DNA from: an uncultured delta proteobacterium
Lineage (GTDB): Bacteria > Desulfobacterota > Binatia > Binatales > Binataceae
DNA length: 64,000 bases
Reading direction: 5' to 3'
Assembly: GCA_963830715.1 (NCBI GenBank)
Contig: CAWHNS010000020.1
Span: forward strand, 102,148-166,147
Position numbers and translations under genes: made by a program. Every line of letters starts with the position of its first letter. Positions within the stretch are counted from its first letter, which is position 1. Positions 62,173 to 64,000 of the stretch are shown here, one piece after another. The notes under the pieces are model-generated. The model ran no database searches and was not told the DNA's origin. It was given only the letters and a program-made list of their open reading frames with translations.

Positions 62173-62751
62173 GTGCCGCTGCAAACTACGGCGCGCTGGG
62201 GCATATTCTCCGCCGCATCTGTGGCATATTCTTGCTGTCGCGGAGATAGCGGAAGCCGGCGACGGGGTAATGACGAAGTGCATGCGCGGAATTCGAGGGA
62301 CGATTCGAGCTTGAGGGCATCGCTGTCCGGCCCTATCGCCTGTTTGATCCTCGCCGCCACGCAGGCCGGATGCGGACTGTGGCAGCAAAACCAGAGCGCG
62401 CAGCGGCGCGCGAGCGCTCAGCAGATCGAGCCCTTGCTCGAACAAGCCGGCTTTCAGCGGCTGCCGGCCGAGACCACGGCCCAGGTGAGCGAGCTCAATT
62501 CGCTCGAGCCGCTCACGCTCAGCCGTTCGAACGACACTCGCAAGGGCACGCGCTATTGGTTCGCCGACCCCTACCTGTGCGGATGCATGTATGCCGGCAA
62601 CGAGGCCGCATATCAGCGCTATCGGGAGATCAGACGCACTCAGCAGCTCTCCGACCAGATGAAGGCCAGCCAGCGCCTCAACGAGCAGGCCTGGGACCAG
62701 GTGAGCGAAGCTCCCGAGATAAATATGTTCAACCCCGTGTTCGCGCCCTAG
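62173..62751 (+). CDS. hypothetical lipoprotein
   Basis: LILAATQAGC lipobox-like; no other motif. Confidence 0.4.
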   Translation: MPLQTTARWGIFSAASVAYSCCRGDSGSRRRGNDEVHARNSRDDSSLRASLSGPIACLILAATQAGCGLWQQNQSAQRRASAQQIEPLLEQAGFQRLPAETTAQVSELNSLEPLTLSRSNDTRKGTRYWFADPYLCGCMYAGNEAAYQRYREIRRTQQLSDQMKASQRLNEQAWDQVSEAPEINMFNPVFAP

Positions 62752-62793
62752 AGTTTGGAGTTTGACCGGATTTCCGCGCCGTGCCAGCGATGC

Positions 62794-63474
62794 TCATTGA
62801 GTATCGTGGCGATCGGCCAGCAACTCCACCTTGCCTGTGTCGAGGCGGTAGATGCCGCCGGCGATCTTGAGTTCGCCGCTTTGCACCATCGCGCGCAGCG
62901 GCTCCGATTCCTTCAGCTTGCTGACGGTCAGTTCCACGTTGGCGCGGATCGCGTTCGCGACCGGATCGCCCGGCATCCCTTTGGTCGCAGTCACGGCGGG
63001 ACGCAACTCCGCGAGCATCGGGCCAACGTCGCCGGGTTCTTCATGCCCAATCACCGCCGCCGTCACGGCGCCGCATCGATCGTGTCCGAGGACGAGCACG
63101 AGCCGCGTGCCCAGATGCTTGACGGCGTAGTCGATGCTTTCGATGGCGACCGGATCCGCCACGTTGCCCGCGAGCCGCACGGCAAAGAGGTCGCCGAGTC
63201 CCTGGTCGAAGACGATTTCGGGTGGGACACGCGAATCGGAGCATCCGAGGATAGCGGCGAACGGATGCTGCCCGTTTGCAAGTTCGGTGCGGCGGTCCTG
63301 GTTCTGATTCCGGCAGGCCGCCTTGCCGTCAACGTAGCGCTGATTTCCGTCGAGGAGTTGCCTCAGCGCCTGCGCGCCATCGATCGACGGCGCAGGATGA
63401 TCGGATGCCGTAACGACTGCGCCGGCAACCGCGAGCAGGACCAACGAGCCGATCCACACCGAAGTTTTTCTCAT
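62794..63474 (-). CDS. secreted beta-class carbonic anhydrase
   Basis: signal peptide MRKTSVWIGSLVLLAVAGAVVTA; FAAILGCSDSRVPPEIVFD; VLVLGHDRCGAV. Confidence 0.85.
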   Translation of the reverse strand: MRKTSVWIGSLVLLAVAGAVVTASDHPAPSIDGAQALRQLLDGNQRYVDGKAACRNQNQDRRTELANGQHPFAAILGCSDSRVPPEIVFDQGLGDLFAVRLAGNVADPVAIESIDYAVKHLGTRLVLVLGHDRCGAVTAAVIGHEEPGDVGPMLAELRPAVTATKGMPGDPVANAIRANVELTVSKLKESEPLRAMVQSGELKIAGGIYRLDTGKVELLADRHDTQ

Positions 63475-63786
63475 CACATAACCCTCCCCGGCAATCGGCC
63501 ACCGACCGCGGACTCCGATCATCACCCACGCGAGCAGATGAGGGGCAGAGGCGGTCTGGCGGCAAGCTCCTTCTGAGCCGTCTACCCGCCAAACCGATCT
63601 TTTTCGTCCGCCGACCCAGCGATAGGCTAGACGAACCGCAACGCCCGTGCCATCAGCGGGGGCGGGAATGGCTTAAACTGTCTCAATTCTGAAAATCCCG
63701 GACTTCATCGCGTTGACAGATTGGCAGATCGTTTGCGGTATTCTGGTTGCGTTCTCTCCATGCTGGAATCTGGAGGAGATTGAAAA

Positions 63787-64000
63787 ATGGAAGGCCTGCG
63801 AGTTCGCGATATCATGACCGCGGAAGTCACCACCCTCAAGCGGAACGATAAGCTCACGCTTGCCGACGACATCATGCAACTCGGGCGGATCCGGCACCTG
63901 CCGGTACTCGAAGATGACGGGAAGCAACTGATCGGAATCGTGAGCCAGCGCGACCTCTTTCGTGGCGCCTTGGCCGGCGCGCTTGGCTACGGCAAGCACG
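63787..64000 (+). CDS. CBS-domain protein (3' end outside window)
   Basis: GGAGGAG RBS; VRDIMTAEVTTLKRNDKLTLADDIMQLGRIRHLPVLED. Confidence 0.6.
   Translation, partial: MEGLRVRDIMTAEVTTLKRNDKLTLADDIMQLGRIRHLPVLEDDGKQLIGIVSQRDLFRGALAGALGYGKH

Noticed and set aside
60218-62314. 698-aa plus ORF antisense to uvrD
   Set aside because: UvrD helicase motifs are all on the minus strand; the plus ORF is low-complexity.
1-64000. CRISPR arrays, tRNA/rRNA genes, integrases/transposases
   Set aside because: No regularly spaced direct repeats, no tRNA-like cloverleaf signatures (GTTCGAATC-type T-arms) and no recombinase motifs were found by eye. Mobile-element involvement is therefore not supported beyond the TA hotspot.

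Overview
This is a high-GC (~65-68%) bacterial chromosomal window; the gene content (PT-rich NHL/lactonase surface protein, sigma-54 two-component system, Mla, NrtR) suggests Acidobacteria or Deltaproteobacteria/Myxococcota, but the phylum call is tentative. Housekeeping genes are mixed with accessory islands.

- **1-7.2 kb:** the tail of a type VI secretion locus. It contains clpV/tssH (5' part outside the window), vgrG/tssI, a separate PAAR protein, a DUF4123 adaptor, a small unknown ORF, an HExxH putative metallopeptidase effector and a candidate immunity gene.
- **7.9-18.3 kb:** an envelope/surface module.
  - an OmpA-like protein;
  - a secreted caspase (C14) fused to a CsgG-like domain;
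  - a divergently transcribed standalone CsgG-like lipoprotein followed by a metacaspase-like gene. This gene carries an in-frame TGA exactly at the catalytic-Cys position (DSCHSG motif read as DS-TGA-HT), with a SECIS-like GC hairpin just downstream. It is a candidate selenocysteine peptidase;
  - a 1206-aa lipoprotein with a ~190-aa Pro-Thr linker plus NHL and lactonase beta-propellers;
  - a TPR/CsgG-like lipoprotein and an outer-membrane beta-barrel.
- **Rest of the window:**
  - NAD metabolism: nadA-nrtR.
  - A Cys-rich periplasmic protein followed by a sigma-54 HK/RR pair.
  - A toxin-antitoxin hotspot (TumE-like/HVO_A0114-like, a brnT remnant with intact brnA) plus mazEF, an MFS transporter, mlaEFD and a BamE-like lipoprotein.
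  - An ImmA/IrrE-XRE pair, tyrS and two tandem paralogous lipoprotein pairs.
  - ggt, an MsbA-like ABC exporter, fabI, gloB, a Tat-exported AKR/Fe-S oxidoreductase, a KdpD-sensor/USP protein, hemJ and ftsB.
  - A 32-aa polybasic ORF with a strong promoter, RBS and terminator.
  - glgP, a K+ channel, uvrD, a beta-carbonic anhydrase and a partial CBS protein.
- **Caveat:** more than 20 genes show 1-bp frameshifts, several sitting at homopolymers (T8, C6, G4/C4). They are concentrated in accessory regions, while 2-3.6 kb housekeeping genes are intact. This points to assembly indel errors in low-coverage regions or to genuine pseudogenisation, so CDS boundaries at those sites are approximate.
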